Notes: a model not told the origin generated them from the sequence alone. Shown: positions 17,933 to 27,083, counted from the first letter of the stretch. The stretch is 64,000 bases of DNA from Myxococcota bacterium (GCA_044344255.1 JBIJDH010000026.1:1-64000); one strand, 5' to 3'. Numbers and translations: made by a program.

Positions 17933-18169
17933 ATGGTGCTCGATTCTGAACCTGCGCCCGCCTCTCCCACCTCTACCGCCTCTACCGACTCCTCCACTGC
18001 GTCTGCTTCGACGGATGAGGCCTTTGCCCCACAGGTGGATGCGCTGATCGGCGGGATCGCGCGCCTCAACACGGCGGCCCTCGAGGTCATTCGGGAGCGC
18101 CCGGTCGCCTGCCTCGTGGGCGCCGTCACCCTTGGCTTCCTGGTTGGGAAGATCGCAGCGAGGCACTGA
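17933..18169 (+). CDS. ElaB/YqjD (DUF883)-like tail-anchored protein
   Basis: IRERPVACLVGAVTLGFLVGKI C-terminal motif. Confidence 0.65.
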   Translation: MVLDSEPAPASPTSTASTDSSTASASTDEAFAPQVDALIGGIARLNTAALEVIRERPVACLVGAVTLGFLVGKIAARH

Positions 18170-18172
18170 GCC

Positions 18173-18439
18173 ATGAACGACACCGCCCTGGAGCGTATCC
18201 CCATGCTCGATCGACCTCCGGAACCGCCTGTAGGGCAGGGGTCCGTCCTCGACCTCAGCGTCCTCGACCTCACCTGGCGAGCGACGCAAGCCCTCTCCGT
18301 ACAGATGACACGACACCCCTATCGGTCACTCCTCGTCGCCGCAGGGATTGGCTACGTCATCGGCGGCGGTCTGTTTACACGACTCACGATGCGCGTGATC
18401 CGAATGGGCGCCCGGCTCGGCACCCTTCCCCAGCTCTGA
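18173..18439 (+). CDS. Small membrane protein (ElaB-like motif)
   Basis: HPYRSLLVAAGIGYVIGGGL motif; operon context. Confidence 0.6.
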   Translation: MNDTALERIPMLDRPPEPPVGQGSVLDLSVLDLTWRATQALSVQMTRHPYRSLLVAAGIGYVIGGGLFTRLTMRVIRMGARLGTLPQL

Positions 18440-18464
18440 AACACCACTCAAGAAGGTAGACACC

Positions 18465-18776
18465 ATGAAGCTCGACCAGATCCGCTCCCTCGACAAGAAT
18501 GACCTCCTCGGCCTCCTCGGCCTCGAGACCCGCCGCACGATGGTGGATTACCTCGTGCCCGGCCTCGTCGTGCTCACCGTCGGCGTGGCGGTGGGCGCCG
18601 GTCTCGGCCTGCTGCTCGCCCCGCGCACCGGCAAGGACATGCGAGAGGACCTCTCGAAGCGCATCCAGCACGCCCCCGAGGTGATGAGCAACCTCCCCCG
18701 CCGCGCCAATGAGGCGCTCCATCGGGTGAGCGACCAGCTCACGGAACAGTTTGTGGACGGGCACGCCCGCTCCTGA
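18465..18776 (+). CDS. YtxH-domain protein
   Basis: GVAVGAGLGLLLAPRTGKDMREDL signature. Confidence 0.85.
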   Translation: MKLDQIRSLDKNDLLGLLGLETRRTMVDYLVPGLVVLTVGVAVGAGLGLLLAPRTGKDMREDLSKRIQHAPEVMSNLPRRANEALHRVSDQLTEQFVDGHARS

Positions 18777-18843
18777 CCGCCGCGACTCCCTGTCGATGCC
18801 CTCCCCTCGTCCCCACCGCAAATCCCAATCCTCTGGAGTCCAC

Positions 18844-19149
18844 ATGAACGCTCCCAACATCCCCTCCCGCGCTGAAGGCAAGATCGAAGAGGTCGGCGGC
18901 GCCATCAAGAAGAACGTCGGCCGTATCCTCAACAATGAAGAGATGGAGCTCGAAGGCAAGCTGCACGAGCTCAAGGGCAAGGCGAACCAGGAGGTCGCCA
19001 AGGAGACCGAGCGCGTGAAGGGCCGGGCCGAAGAGGCCAGCGGGCACGTGAAGAACCACCTCGGCCACCTCGCGAACAACGAGCAGCTTCAGGTGGAGGG
19101 CCGCCTCGAAGAGCTGAAGGGACAGGCCCGCCAGAAGCTGAACAAGTAG
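18844..19149 (+). CDS. csbD: CsbD-family stress protein with two tandem CsbD repeats
   Basis: EGK..EV.G.IKKNVG..LNNEEMELEGK..ELKGKA occurs twice; RBS GGAG. Confidence 0.85.
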   Translation: MNAPNIPSRAEGKIEEVGGAIKKNVGRILNNEEMELEGKLHELKGKANQEVAKETERVKGRAEEASGHVKNHLGHLANNEQLQVEGRLEELKGQARQKLNK

Positions 19150-19223
19150 TCAACTGGACAAGTAGACACCCAAGCCCTCGTCCCCGAGCACCGCCGTCGG
19201 CGGACCTTGGGACAGACAAATAG

Positions 19224-19275
19224 GACCGCTCGGCTGCCTCGTATCCGACGAGGCGATCGGGCGGTCGCTTTTTTT
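19224..19275 (+). terminator. Intrinsic terminator (possible attenuator) between csbD and the OmpA-IBP operon
   Basis: GACCGCTCGG..GCCTCGT/ACGAGGC..TCGGGCGGTC hairpin followed by T7. Confidence 0.75.
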
Positions 19276-19305
19276 GGGGCGTTCCCCATCCCTCCGGAGA
19301 CGCAG

Positions 19306-20424
19306 ATGCGACACGAAGACTCCCTCCGACGCGCCCGGCCCTTGTGGCCTGCGCGCCCCCTCCTCGGCCTGCTCCTGCTGGCCCTCCCCCTGTCCGCGGC
19401 GGCCCAGGACTTCAGCCTCAAGATCGAGCCTGGCCTTGCCTTCGCCCTCTCGCCGCCCCAGTCGAAGCTCTATGACCTCGGCGGTGGCGAGACGGTGAAG
19501 GCCCTGTTCGGCCTCAGCCCCTGGGTCGACATCGGGCCCGCCGCCACCCTCACGATGTTGCCCGCCGCGCACCCAAAGGGCGGAACGGGCACGGTCTGGG
19601 GCTTCGGAGGCGGCGCCCGGCTGAAGCGCCCGCATGACGCGCTCAGCGCGGGTGGGATCTCCCCCTGGCTCGACGCCGACGCGCTCTACGTCCGCACCGG
19701 CCCCCTCCACCGCGCCGGCTTCGACGTCGGGGTCGGCTTCGGCGTCCCGCTCGGGGAGACCCGCACCTTCTGGCTCGGCCCCTTCGCCCGATACAGCCAG
19801 GTGCTCCAGGGCAAGCACGCGGGCTCGGACAGCCGGGACGCCAAGCTCTTCTCCCTCGGGGTCAGCCTCGAGGTGGGGACTGGCCTCGATCGGCCCCCGG
19901 CGCAGCCCCAGGCGGCGAGCCTGGCGCCGACGTCAGAGGCCTGTCCAGACATGGACCAGGACCAGCTCCAGGACGCGGTGGACCACTGCCCGGAGGTCGC
20001 CGGGCCGGTCGACAACTGGGGCTGCCCGGTCTACAAGAAGGTCACCATCCATAAGGACAAGCTGGTCCTCAACGAGAAGCTGTTCTTCGCCTGGGACGAG
20101 GCCACCCTCGAGCCCGCCAGCTTCCCGGTGATGGATGAGGTGGTGCAGGCCCTCAAGGACAACAAGGGCTTCAAGGTGCTGATCGAGGGGCACACGGACT
20201 CGACGGGCACCTATGACTACAATCAAGGCCTCTCCGAGAAACGCGCCGAGACGGTGCTCGAATACCTGGCCACCCATGGTATCGCCCGAGAGCGGCTCGC
20301 CTACAAGGGCTTCAGCTCCTCTGAGCCGACAGACTCCAACAACACCGTCGCCGGGCGGGAGAACAACCGCCGCGTCGAGTTCGTGGTCAACTTCGTCATC
20401 GTGAACAAAGCGAGCGCCCGATGA
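19306..20424 (+). CDS. OmpA-family OM protein (beta-barrel, TSP3-like Ca-binding repeat, OmpA_C)
   Basis: Signal peptide; CPDMDQDQLQDAVDHCP..GCP; EGHTDS..YNQGLSEKRA; NRRVEF. Confidence 0.9.
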   Translation: MRHEDSLRRARPLWPARPLLGLLLLALPLSAAAQDFSLKIEPGLAFALSPPQSKLYDLGGGETVKALFGLSPWVDIGPAATLTMLPAAHPKGGTGTVWGFGGGARLKRPHDALSAGGISPWLDADALYVRTGPLHRAGFDVGVGFGVPLGETRTFWLGPFARYSQVLQGKHAGSDSRDAKLFSLGVSLEVGTGLDRPPAQPQAASLAPTSEACPDMDQDQLQDAVDHCPEVAGPVDNWGCPVYKKVTIHKDKLVLNEKLFFAWDEATLEPASFPVMDEVVQALKDNKGFKVLIEGHTDSTGTYDYNQGLSEKRAETVLEYLATHGIARERLAYKGFSSSEPTDSNNTVAGRENNRRVEFVVNFVIVNKASAR

Positions 20425-22157
20425 ACACCTCATCCTATCCCCGCCTCACGGCCTCTGCCCTCCTCCTCCTGTCCGGCCTCCCGGCCTGCGGGCGGCGGGT
20501 GGTCGACTTCCCCTTGGCCCTGCATCCGGGCGGTGACGACACGGCCCTGGACACGGCCGATCCCGACAAGAACCTCGCCCCCTTCGTGATCGACACGCTG
20601 CCGGCGATGGCCGCCGCTGACGTGGCCCTCAACAGCCCCGTGTCGGCCACCTTCAGCGAGGACGTAGACGGCGGCACCCTGCACGCCGCGAACTTCCTGC
20701 TCTTCGACGGGGAGACCGGCGTGGACGGTCTCATCACCTACACGCCGGCCGACCACGAGGTGACCTTCCACCCGGTGGAGCCCCTTCGGCTGGATGGCAT
20801 CTACACCGCGACCCTCACGAAGGGGGTGCGCGATCACGCAGGGCTGGCGATGGAGGCTGACTTCACGTGGGTCTTCACCACGGCGCCCGTGGACAGCGTC
20901 GCGGCCCCGACCGTGGTGATGACCACTCCCCTCGACTATGCGCAGGAGGTGCCGCTGGAGTCTGTGATCACCGCCACCTTCAGCTGGGAGATGGACCCGG
21001 ACTCGATCAACCCCCTGTCCTTCCTCGTGATGAACGGGACGAACGCGGTGCCGGGCTCCCTCGACCTGGACAGCGCGGGGCGGGTCGCCACCTTCACGCC
21101 GGACGCCCCGCTCGAGTGGAGCACCCAATATATGGTGACCATCACCCCCATCGCCGCCGACACGGAGGGCGTCCCGATGGCCGAGGCCTACAGCTGGGGC
21201 TTCACCGCTGAGGGGGGGCCGCTGCCGCCCTATGTCGAGTGGACCTTCCCGGAGGACGGGGAGACCAACGCGTCCATCAACACTCGGCCCTCGGCGACCT
21301 TCAGCGAGGAGATCGCGCCCGCCTCTCTCTCCGAGCTCACCTTCCTCGTGAAGCACGGGTCCTCACCGGTCGCGGGCAGCGTGAACTACGATGTCTTCGA
21401 CCGTCGGGTCACGTTCACCCCGGACGTCCCGCTGGCCCTGGACGTGCTCTACACCGCCACCCTTACCACGGGGGTGGAGGATCTCGACGGCTCGGCCATG
21501 CTGGCGAACTACAGCTGGAACTTCGCCACCTCGGCCTGTAGCCTGGATCCGGTCGAGCTCGGCCTCCTGTCCGGATATGCGATCCTCGCGGGCTCCACCG
21601 TGACGAGCACGGGCCTGAGCGAGGTCACGGGGGACATCGGAGTGAGCCCCGGCACGGAGGTCACGGGCTTCCCGCCCGCGGTGCTCACCGGCGACCTCTT
21701 CGCGGGCGACGCCACCGCGGCCCTCGCGATGGCCGACCTCACCGCGGTCTACATCGAGCTCGCCGGGCGGACCCTCTGCCCGGTGACCATCGCGGGCGAC
21801 ATCGGGGGAATGACCTTCACGCCGGGCCTCTACAAGTCCACCTCTTCCTTGGAGCTCGGCTCCACCTTCGTGGTCCTCGACGCTCAGGGGCAGACCGACG
21901 CGATCTTCGTGTTTCAGGTGGCCTCTGCCCTCACCGTGGCGAACGGCCGGAAGGTGGTCCTGACCAACGGGGCGAAGGCGGCGAACGTGTACTGGCAGGT
22001 CGGCTCCTCGGCCACCTTCGGCACCTACTCGGACTTCCAGGGGACGGTGCTCGCCGATCAGTCCATCACCTTCGCGACGGGGGCCAGCCTCGAGGGGCGC
22101 GCCCTGGCGCGGATCGGCGCCGTCACCCTCGACTCGACGGTGGTGATCGCCCCCTGA
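20421..22157 (+). CDS. Ice-binding lipoprotein: three Ig-like (Big_5) domains + DUF3494
   Basis: Lipobox LPAC; three SATFS...W.F.T repeats; AILAGSTVTSTG, TPGLYKSTSSL, ANVYWQVGSSAT, EGRALA. Confidence 0.92.
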   Translation: MNTSSYPRLTASALLLLSGLPACGRRVVDFPLALHPGGDDTALDTADPDKNLAPFVIDTLPAMAAADVALNSPVSATFSEDVDGGTLHAANFLLFDGETGVDGLITYTPADHEVTFHPVEPLRLDGIYTATLTKGVRDHAGLAMEADFTWVFTTAPVDSVAAPTVVMTTPLDYAQEVPLESVITATFSWEMDPDSINPLSFLVMNGTNAVPGSLDLDSAGRVATFTPDAPLEWSTQYMVTITPIAADTEGVPMAEAYSWGFTAEGGPLPPYVEWTFPEDGETNASINTRPSATFSEEIAPASLSELTFLVKHGSSPVAGSVNYDVFDRRVTFTPDVPLALDVLYTATLTTGVEDLDGSAMLANYSWNFATSACSLDPVELGLLSGYAILAGSTVTSTGLSEVTGDIGVSPGTEVTGFPPAVLTGDLFAGDATAALAMADLTAVYIELAGRTLCPVTIAGDIGGMTFTPGLYKSTSSLELGSTFVVLDAQGQTDAIFVFQVASALTVANGRKVVLTNGAKAANVYWQVGSSATFGTYSDFQGTVLADQSITFATGASLEGRALARIGAVTLDSTVVIAP

Positions 22158-22208
22158 CCCGACGGCGATCCGCCTCGTGCGGGCCGCTTGACCGTGTGCC
22201 CCTGACCG

Positions 22209-22240
22209 TGCGCCCCCTTCACTCCGGTGGAGGGGGCGCA
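22209..22240 (+). terminator. Hairpin downstream of the first IBP gene, followed by (CGCATTT)x3
   Basis: TGCGCCCCCTTCAC-TCCG-GTGGAGGGGGCGCA. Confidence 0.6.
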
Positions 22241-22383
22241 TTTCGCATTTCGCATTTCTTTGCGAACGGGGCCCGGACGGTGCGCGATCCCAACGAAGGA
22301 CCGCGGTAGGCTCAACCCTCTCGGGCTGGCTCTACCGCGGCATATAATCGAAGGGGGGAGGCTGATCGAAGGGGGGAGGCGCT

Positions 22384-22411
22384 CCCTGCGGGGGGGTGAG
22401 CCCCCGCAGGG
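22384..22411 (-). terminator. GC-rich hairpin just downstream of the second IBP gene stop
   Basis: CCCTGCGGGGG...CCCCCGCAGGG inverted repeat. Confidence 0.5.
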
Positions 22412-23359
22412 CGAGGCTCAGGGAGCGGGCTCGACCACGGTGTTCGTGTCGAGGGTCACCCCTGCGATCCGCGTCAGGGCTCGGCCTTCCAGGTCCGCGC
22501 CGATCTGGAGGGTGATGGCCTGGTCGGCCAGGATGGTCCCCTTCATCGTCGCGTAGCTGCCGACCGTCGCCGAGGTCCCGACCTGCCAGTAGACGTTCGC
22601 CGCCTTCGCCCCGTTGGACAGGATGACCTTTCGCCCGGTGGTGGAGGTGAAGGTCGAGGCCATCTGGAAGAGGAAGACCGCGTCGCTGTCGCCTTGGGCA
22701 TCGAGGGTGAGGTCACCCGAGGTGATCTCGAGCGAAGATGTCGACTTGTACAGACCCGGGGGCAGCGTGGAGCCGCCCAGGTTCCCGGCGACCGTCACCG
22801 CGCAGGTCGACCGACCAGCCGTCTCGACATACGCGACGGTGAGGTCGCCGATGGCGGTGGCGGCGGTGGAGTCACCGGCGTGCAGCGAGCCCACGAGGAT
22901 GCCTGGCGGGAAGCCGGTGACCGCGGTGCCCGGGCTGACGCCGAGGTCGCCCGTGACCGCGGTGGGCCCGGTGCTGGTCACCGTTGAGCCCGCCAGGACG
23001 ACGAAGGACGAGCTGGTGCCGAGGTCGACGTCGCCCATGCTGCAGGCGGCGGTGGTGAACTCCCAGACATAGTCGGCCGCGAGCGCCGTCCCGAGCAGGT
23101 CTTCGGCCGTGGTGGTGATCGTGGCGGTGTAGGTGGTGGCGAGGTCGAGCGCGTTGTCCGGCGTGAATTTGGCCGTGAAGCTCAGCGCGTCGTAGGTCAC
23201 CGAGCCGGTCACCGGCGCCCCGCCGTCCGAGACCGTGAAGCTCAGCGCCGTGAGGGTGAGCGGGTCCATGTCGGCGGTGAAGGTGGCGGTGGGGCGCGTG
23301 TTGATGGAGACGTCGATCGCCCCGTCGAGGGGGGTCGTCGAGACGACCTCCGGCGGGTA

Positions 23360-25000
23360 GAGCACCGTCTCGGTGGTGAAGGTCCAGACGTGATCGGCGA
23401 CCATCGGCAGCCCGCCCGTGTCCTCGGCCAGCGTATTGACGGTGGCCGTATAGAAGGCGTTCGAGTCGAGCTCGAGGTCAGGCGTGAAGGTCGCGGTGCG
23501 GGTCACAGAGTCATAGACCACGACGCCGGGGACGGAGCTCACTCCCTTGTCGAGGGTGAAGCTGAGGTCGTCGATGGTCAGGGGGTCCATGTCGGCGCTG
23601 AAGGTGGCCGTCGGCTCCGCGGTCACGAGCACGTTGATGGCGCCGTTGAGGGGCGTGTTGGAGATCACCTCGGGCGGGATGTTGTTGACCTCCGTGGTGA
23701 AGCTCCACACGTGGTCCGCGACGATCGCGAGCCCGCCTGTGTCCTCGGCGCCGGTGGTGATGGTGGCGGTGTAGAGGAGCTCGAAGTCGAGCTCGAAGTC
23801 CGGCGTGAAGGTCGCCGTGAGGCTCGTCGAGTCATAGCTCACGGCGCCGGTGACCGGGGTGGTGCCCTGTCGCAGCGTGAACGTGAGGTCGTTGAGGGTG
23901 GTGGGGTCCATGTCGGCGCTCTGCAGCGCTCATTGGAAGTAGACCGGGGTGTGCTCACCAGGGGTAGTCCACCTGCGTGCTGGTCCTTGCAAGGGCTCGG
24001 TGGTTCAGTTATCTCTTTGGTCGGTCGACACCTCGGTGGTTCATGAGGTTGTTCGGCCAGCCGAACACCGAAAAGCTGGCGTTCGAGCGCCCCCGGTTCG
24101 CACTTCCGCTCCCATGGATGCCCCCTGAGGACTCCCTGGAAGCTCATCGAAGGGCCTCCGTGCGGGGCCCCCGCCCCCCGCCGCCAGCGTAGCTGACCGG
24201 TGGCAACTCCAACCGGGGTGGACTACTTCCGGTGAGCAGAAGTGGTCTACTTCTGGTGAGCGCTCAAGGCGCTGAAGGTGGCCGTCGGCTCGGCGCCGAC
24301 GAGCACGTTGATGGCGCCGTTGAGGGGCGTGTTGGAGATCACCTCGGGCGGGATGTTGTTGACCTCCGTGGTGAAGGTCCACACGTGGTTCGCGACGATC
24401 GCCAGCCCGCCCGTGTCTTCGGCGCCGATGGTGATGGTGCCGGTGTAGAGGAGCTCGAAGTCGAGCTCGGCGTCGGGGGTGAAGGTCGCGGTCAGCGTGC
24501 CCGCGTCGTAGCTCACGGCGCCCGGGACAGGGGTGGTGCCCTGTCGCAGCGTGAAGGTGAGGTCATTGAGGGTGGCGGGGTTCATGTCCACGCTGAAGGT
24601 GGCCGTCGGCTCGACGCCGATGAGCACGTTGGTGGCGCCGGCGAGGGGCGTGTTGGAGATCACCTCGGGCGGGATGTTGTTGACCTCCGTGGTGAAGGTC
24701 CACACGTAGTCCCCGACGATGGCGAGCCCGCCCGTGTCCTCTGCGCCAGTGGTGATGGTGCCGGTGTAGGGCAGCTCGAAGTCGAGCTCGGCGTCGGGGG
24801 TGAAGGTCGCGGTCAGCGTGCCCGCGTCGTAGCTCACGGCGCCCGGGATAGGGGTGGTCCCCTGTCGCAGCGTGAAGGTGAGGTCATTGAGGGTGGCGGG
24901 GTTCATGTCCGCGCTGAAGGTGGCCGTCGGCTCGGCGCCGATGAGCACGTTGATCGAGCCGTTGATCGGCGTCACCATGGTGACGAAGGGCGGCTCGGCC
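23360..25000. repeat. 321-bp near-identical Ig-domain tandem repeats within the second IBP gene
   Basis: GTTGGAGATCACCTCGGGCGGGATGTTG recurs at 23657, 24331 and 24652 (spacings 321+353 and 321). Confidence 0.9.
23921..24267. mobile_element. Non-autonomous IS21-like miniature element (~347 bp)
   Basis: Direct repeat GGCGCT on both sides (23915-20, 24268-73); imperfect IRs CTGCAGCGCTCATTGGAAGTAGACC / CTTGAGCGCTCACCAGAAGTAGACC; an internal second copy of the motif at each end; no transposase ORF. Confidence 0.85.
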
Positions 25001-25451
25001 TCCACCGTGGTGGTGAAGGTCCACGAATAGTCTGTCGACATCGCGAGGCCGCCGGCGTCCTCAGCGCCGGTGTCCACCGTGGCGGTGTAGGCGGTGTTGA
25101 TCGCGAGGGGCGCGTCGGGGGTGAAGGTGGCCGTCTCGGTGGCCGGGTCGTAGGTCACGACGCCCGTGAGGCTGGTCGTGCCGTCGGTCACCGAGAAGGT
25201 GCCCGTGTTCAGGGTGTCGGGGCTCATCGGCTCGCTGAAGGAGGCCGAGACGGGGAGGCCCACGGCGACCTCGGTCGCGTCATTCAAGGGATCGGTGTGC
25301 ACGACGAAGGGGGGCGTGTCCGACGCGGTGTCACCCGCGGTGTCACCGGAGGTGTCACCGGGGTTCGTGGCGATTCGGAACTCGACGAGCTGCCCGCCGC
25401 AGGCCGCGAGCGGGAGCAGGAGGGGGAAGAGGAGTCTGGCGCCGAGCGTGC

Positions 25452-26609
25452 TCATGGGGCGCTCCCTTCGGTAGAGATGTTGGTCGTGATCACGAACTCG
25501 ACGCGGCGATTGTCCTCGCCCCCCTGGACGGTCTTGTTGCTGCCGACGGGGACAGACTCGCCGAAGCCCTGGGAGACCAGGCGGTCCGCGGCCACGCCCT
25601 GCGCGATGACGTAGTCTCGCACCGCGGCGGCGCGACGGTCGGAGAGGTCCTGGTTGTAGGCGTCCTTACCGGAAGAGTCGGTGTGCCCCTCGATCCGCAC
25701 GCGGAGAGAGGGATTGTCGGACATCGCCTTGGAGACGTCGGCGAGGAGCGGGAAGGAGACGGCCTCGATCCGCGCCTCATCCCAGGCGAAGTAGACCTTC
25801 TCCTTGAGCTCGATCTTGTCCTTCTTGACCACGACCTTTTCGTAGTAGGGGCAGCCCAGGAGCTCGACCGTGCCGACCACGTCTGGGCAGCGATCGACGC
25901 TGTCCGGGACGCCGTCCTTGTCGCGGTCCGGGCAGGAGTAGACCTCCTGGATGACCACCGTGGGCTCCACCGCCGCCGGGATGATGACAGGGACCTCCTT
26001 CGGGGTGCCCTTGCCCACCTCCAGGCTCAGGCCCAGCGTGAGGAGCTTGGCGTCGCGGTTGTCGAAGCCGTCCCGCACGGGCTGGATGATCTGCAGATAG
26101 CGCGCGAAGGGCCCGAGCCAGTAGCGCCGCTCCTCACCCATTGAGAAGGCGAGGCCCGCGCCCACGTCGAAGCCGGGGCGGTTGAGGGGGCCGGTGCGCA
26201 CGTAGAGGGCGTCGGCGTCGAGCCAGGGGGAGACGCCGGCGCCGGGCGCGTCATGGGGCCGCTTGAGCCGGAGCCCGCCGCCGAAGCCCCACTGCACCCC
26301 CGTCTCGATCGTCGCGGCCGCCGCGTCCGCCACGGGGAGGATGTGGAGCGAGGCGGTGGGCCCGATGTCGAAGGCGGGGCTGAGGCCGAAGAGCAGCTTC
26401 AGGGTCTCGCCGCCGCCTACGTCGAAGAGGTCGGACTGGGGCTCTGTGAGCGGGATGGCCACCGCCGGCTCCAGCTTGAGGTTCACTTCGGCGGCGCCGG
26501 CCTCTCCGACGAGGCCGAGGGGCGGCAGCACGAGCATCAGCGCGGTCGCCCAGCCGGGGTGGGCGGCCCTCTTGACGATCCGGGCTCGTTCATTTGGAAA
26601 TTTGTTCAT
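25452..26609 (-). CDS. OmpA-family OM protein, paralogue of 19306..20424
   Basis: Shares LKRPHDA, SPWLDADALYVRTGPL.R.GFDVG, WLGPFARY and RDAKL; CPDRDKDGVPD; EGHTDS; NRRVEF; RBS AGGAG. Confidence 0.9.
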   Translation of the reverse strand: MNKFPNERARIVKRAAHPGWATALMLVLPPLGLVGEAGAAEVNLKLEPAVAIPLTEPQSDLFDVGGGETLKLLFGLSPAFDIGPTASLHILPVADAAAATIETGVQWGFGGGLRLKRPHDAPGAGVSPWLDADALYVRTGPLNRPGFDVGAGLAFSMGEERRYWLGPFARYLQIIQPVRDGFDNRDAKLLTLGLSLEVGKGTPKEVPVIIPAAVEPTVVIQEVYSCPDRDKDGVPDSVDRCPDVVGTVELLGCPYYEKVVVKKDKIELKEKVYFAWDEARIEAVSFPLLADVSKAMSDNPSLRVRIEGHTDSSGKDAYNQDLSDRRAAAVRDYVIAQGVAADRLVSQGFGESVPVGSNKTVQGGEDNRRVEFVITTNISTEGSAP

Positions 26610-26962
26610 CTTCCTCTCCTGCGCGGGGCCATGGGCCGCGACCGGCGCCAAGCGCGCCGGAGCGATGGGGAGGCCCTGCCAGACCCTGGCGTCGGCCCCA
26701 CCGTGGGCAACCAGGCCCAGACACTGCACCCCTCGCGCCAGCGTGCTCGATGAGGAATTACAGTGACTTGGGAGCGATCCCCGCCCTTCGGCGCGGGGGT
26801 GATCCATCAAGATGAAGGAGTGGTCGGGTCGATCTGGTCTCCGCCTGCTGGCCATCGCCTCGGCGCAGGCCCGTTCGTGACCCGTTCGGCCCGGTTCGCT
26901 CGCTCGGGCGCCGGTTCATCGCCCGCTGCCCGCTCTCTGGTCGATCCGGCCTCGAAGTGGAC

Positions 26963-26978
26963 TGGCACGGCCGTTGCA
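26963..26978 (+). promoter_or_regulatory. Consensus sigma54 promoter upstream of the peptide-JmjC pair
   Basis: TGGCAC-GGCCG-TTGCA, an exact match to TGGCAC-N5-TTGCW. Confidence 0.8.
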
Positions 26979-27007
26979 ATCCTGGTCGGAGCGCGGCCGA
27001 CTACCCC

Positions 27008-27060
27008 CAAAACTTGTCCTCAAAACTTGTCCTCAACACCTGTCCTCAAAACTTGTCCTC
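27008..27060. repeat. 13-bp tandem repeat (CAAAACTTGTCCT)x4
   Basis: Three perfect copies and one with two mismatches; AT-rich against the background. Confidence 0.95.
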
Positions 27061-27083
27061 CATACGTCGCGCAGGAGCCTGCC

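Larger units (their letters stand above)
22418..25455 (-). pseudogene. Second ice-binding lipoprotein (six Big_5 + DUF3494, 894 aa if intact), interrupted by an insertion
   Basis: ORFs 24247..25455 (lipobox LAAC, Ig repeats) and 22418..23911 (Ig repeats + DUF3494) rejoin in frame as ...PTATFSA-DMDP... when 353 bp are removed. Confidence 0.9.

Noticed and set aside
19150..19260. c-di-GMP-I (GEMM) riboswitch
   Set aside because: The 3' part (GACCGCTCGGCTGCC) is reminiscent, but the GGCAAA/GNRA and GACGCAAA core is absent.
23360..25000. Ig-domain repeats as a diversity-generating retroelement template/variable pair
   Set aside because: Differences are not adenine-specific and there is no reverse transcriptase; this is ordinary domain duplication.
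27008..27060. Short repeat arrays (also 2806-2853 and 59607-59658) as CRISPR arrays
   Set aside because: Units are 8-13 bp, directly adjacent, with no spacers, and there are no cas genes.
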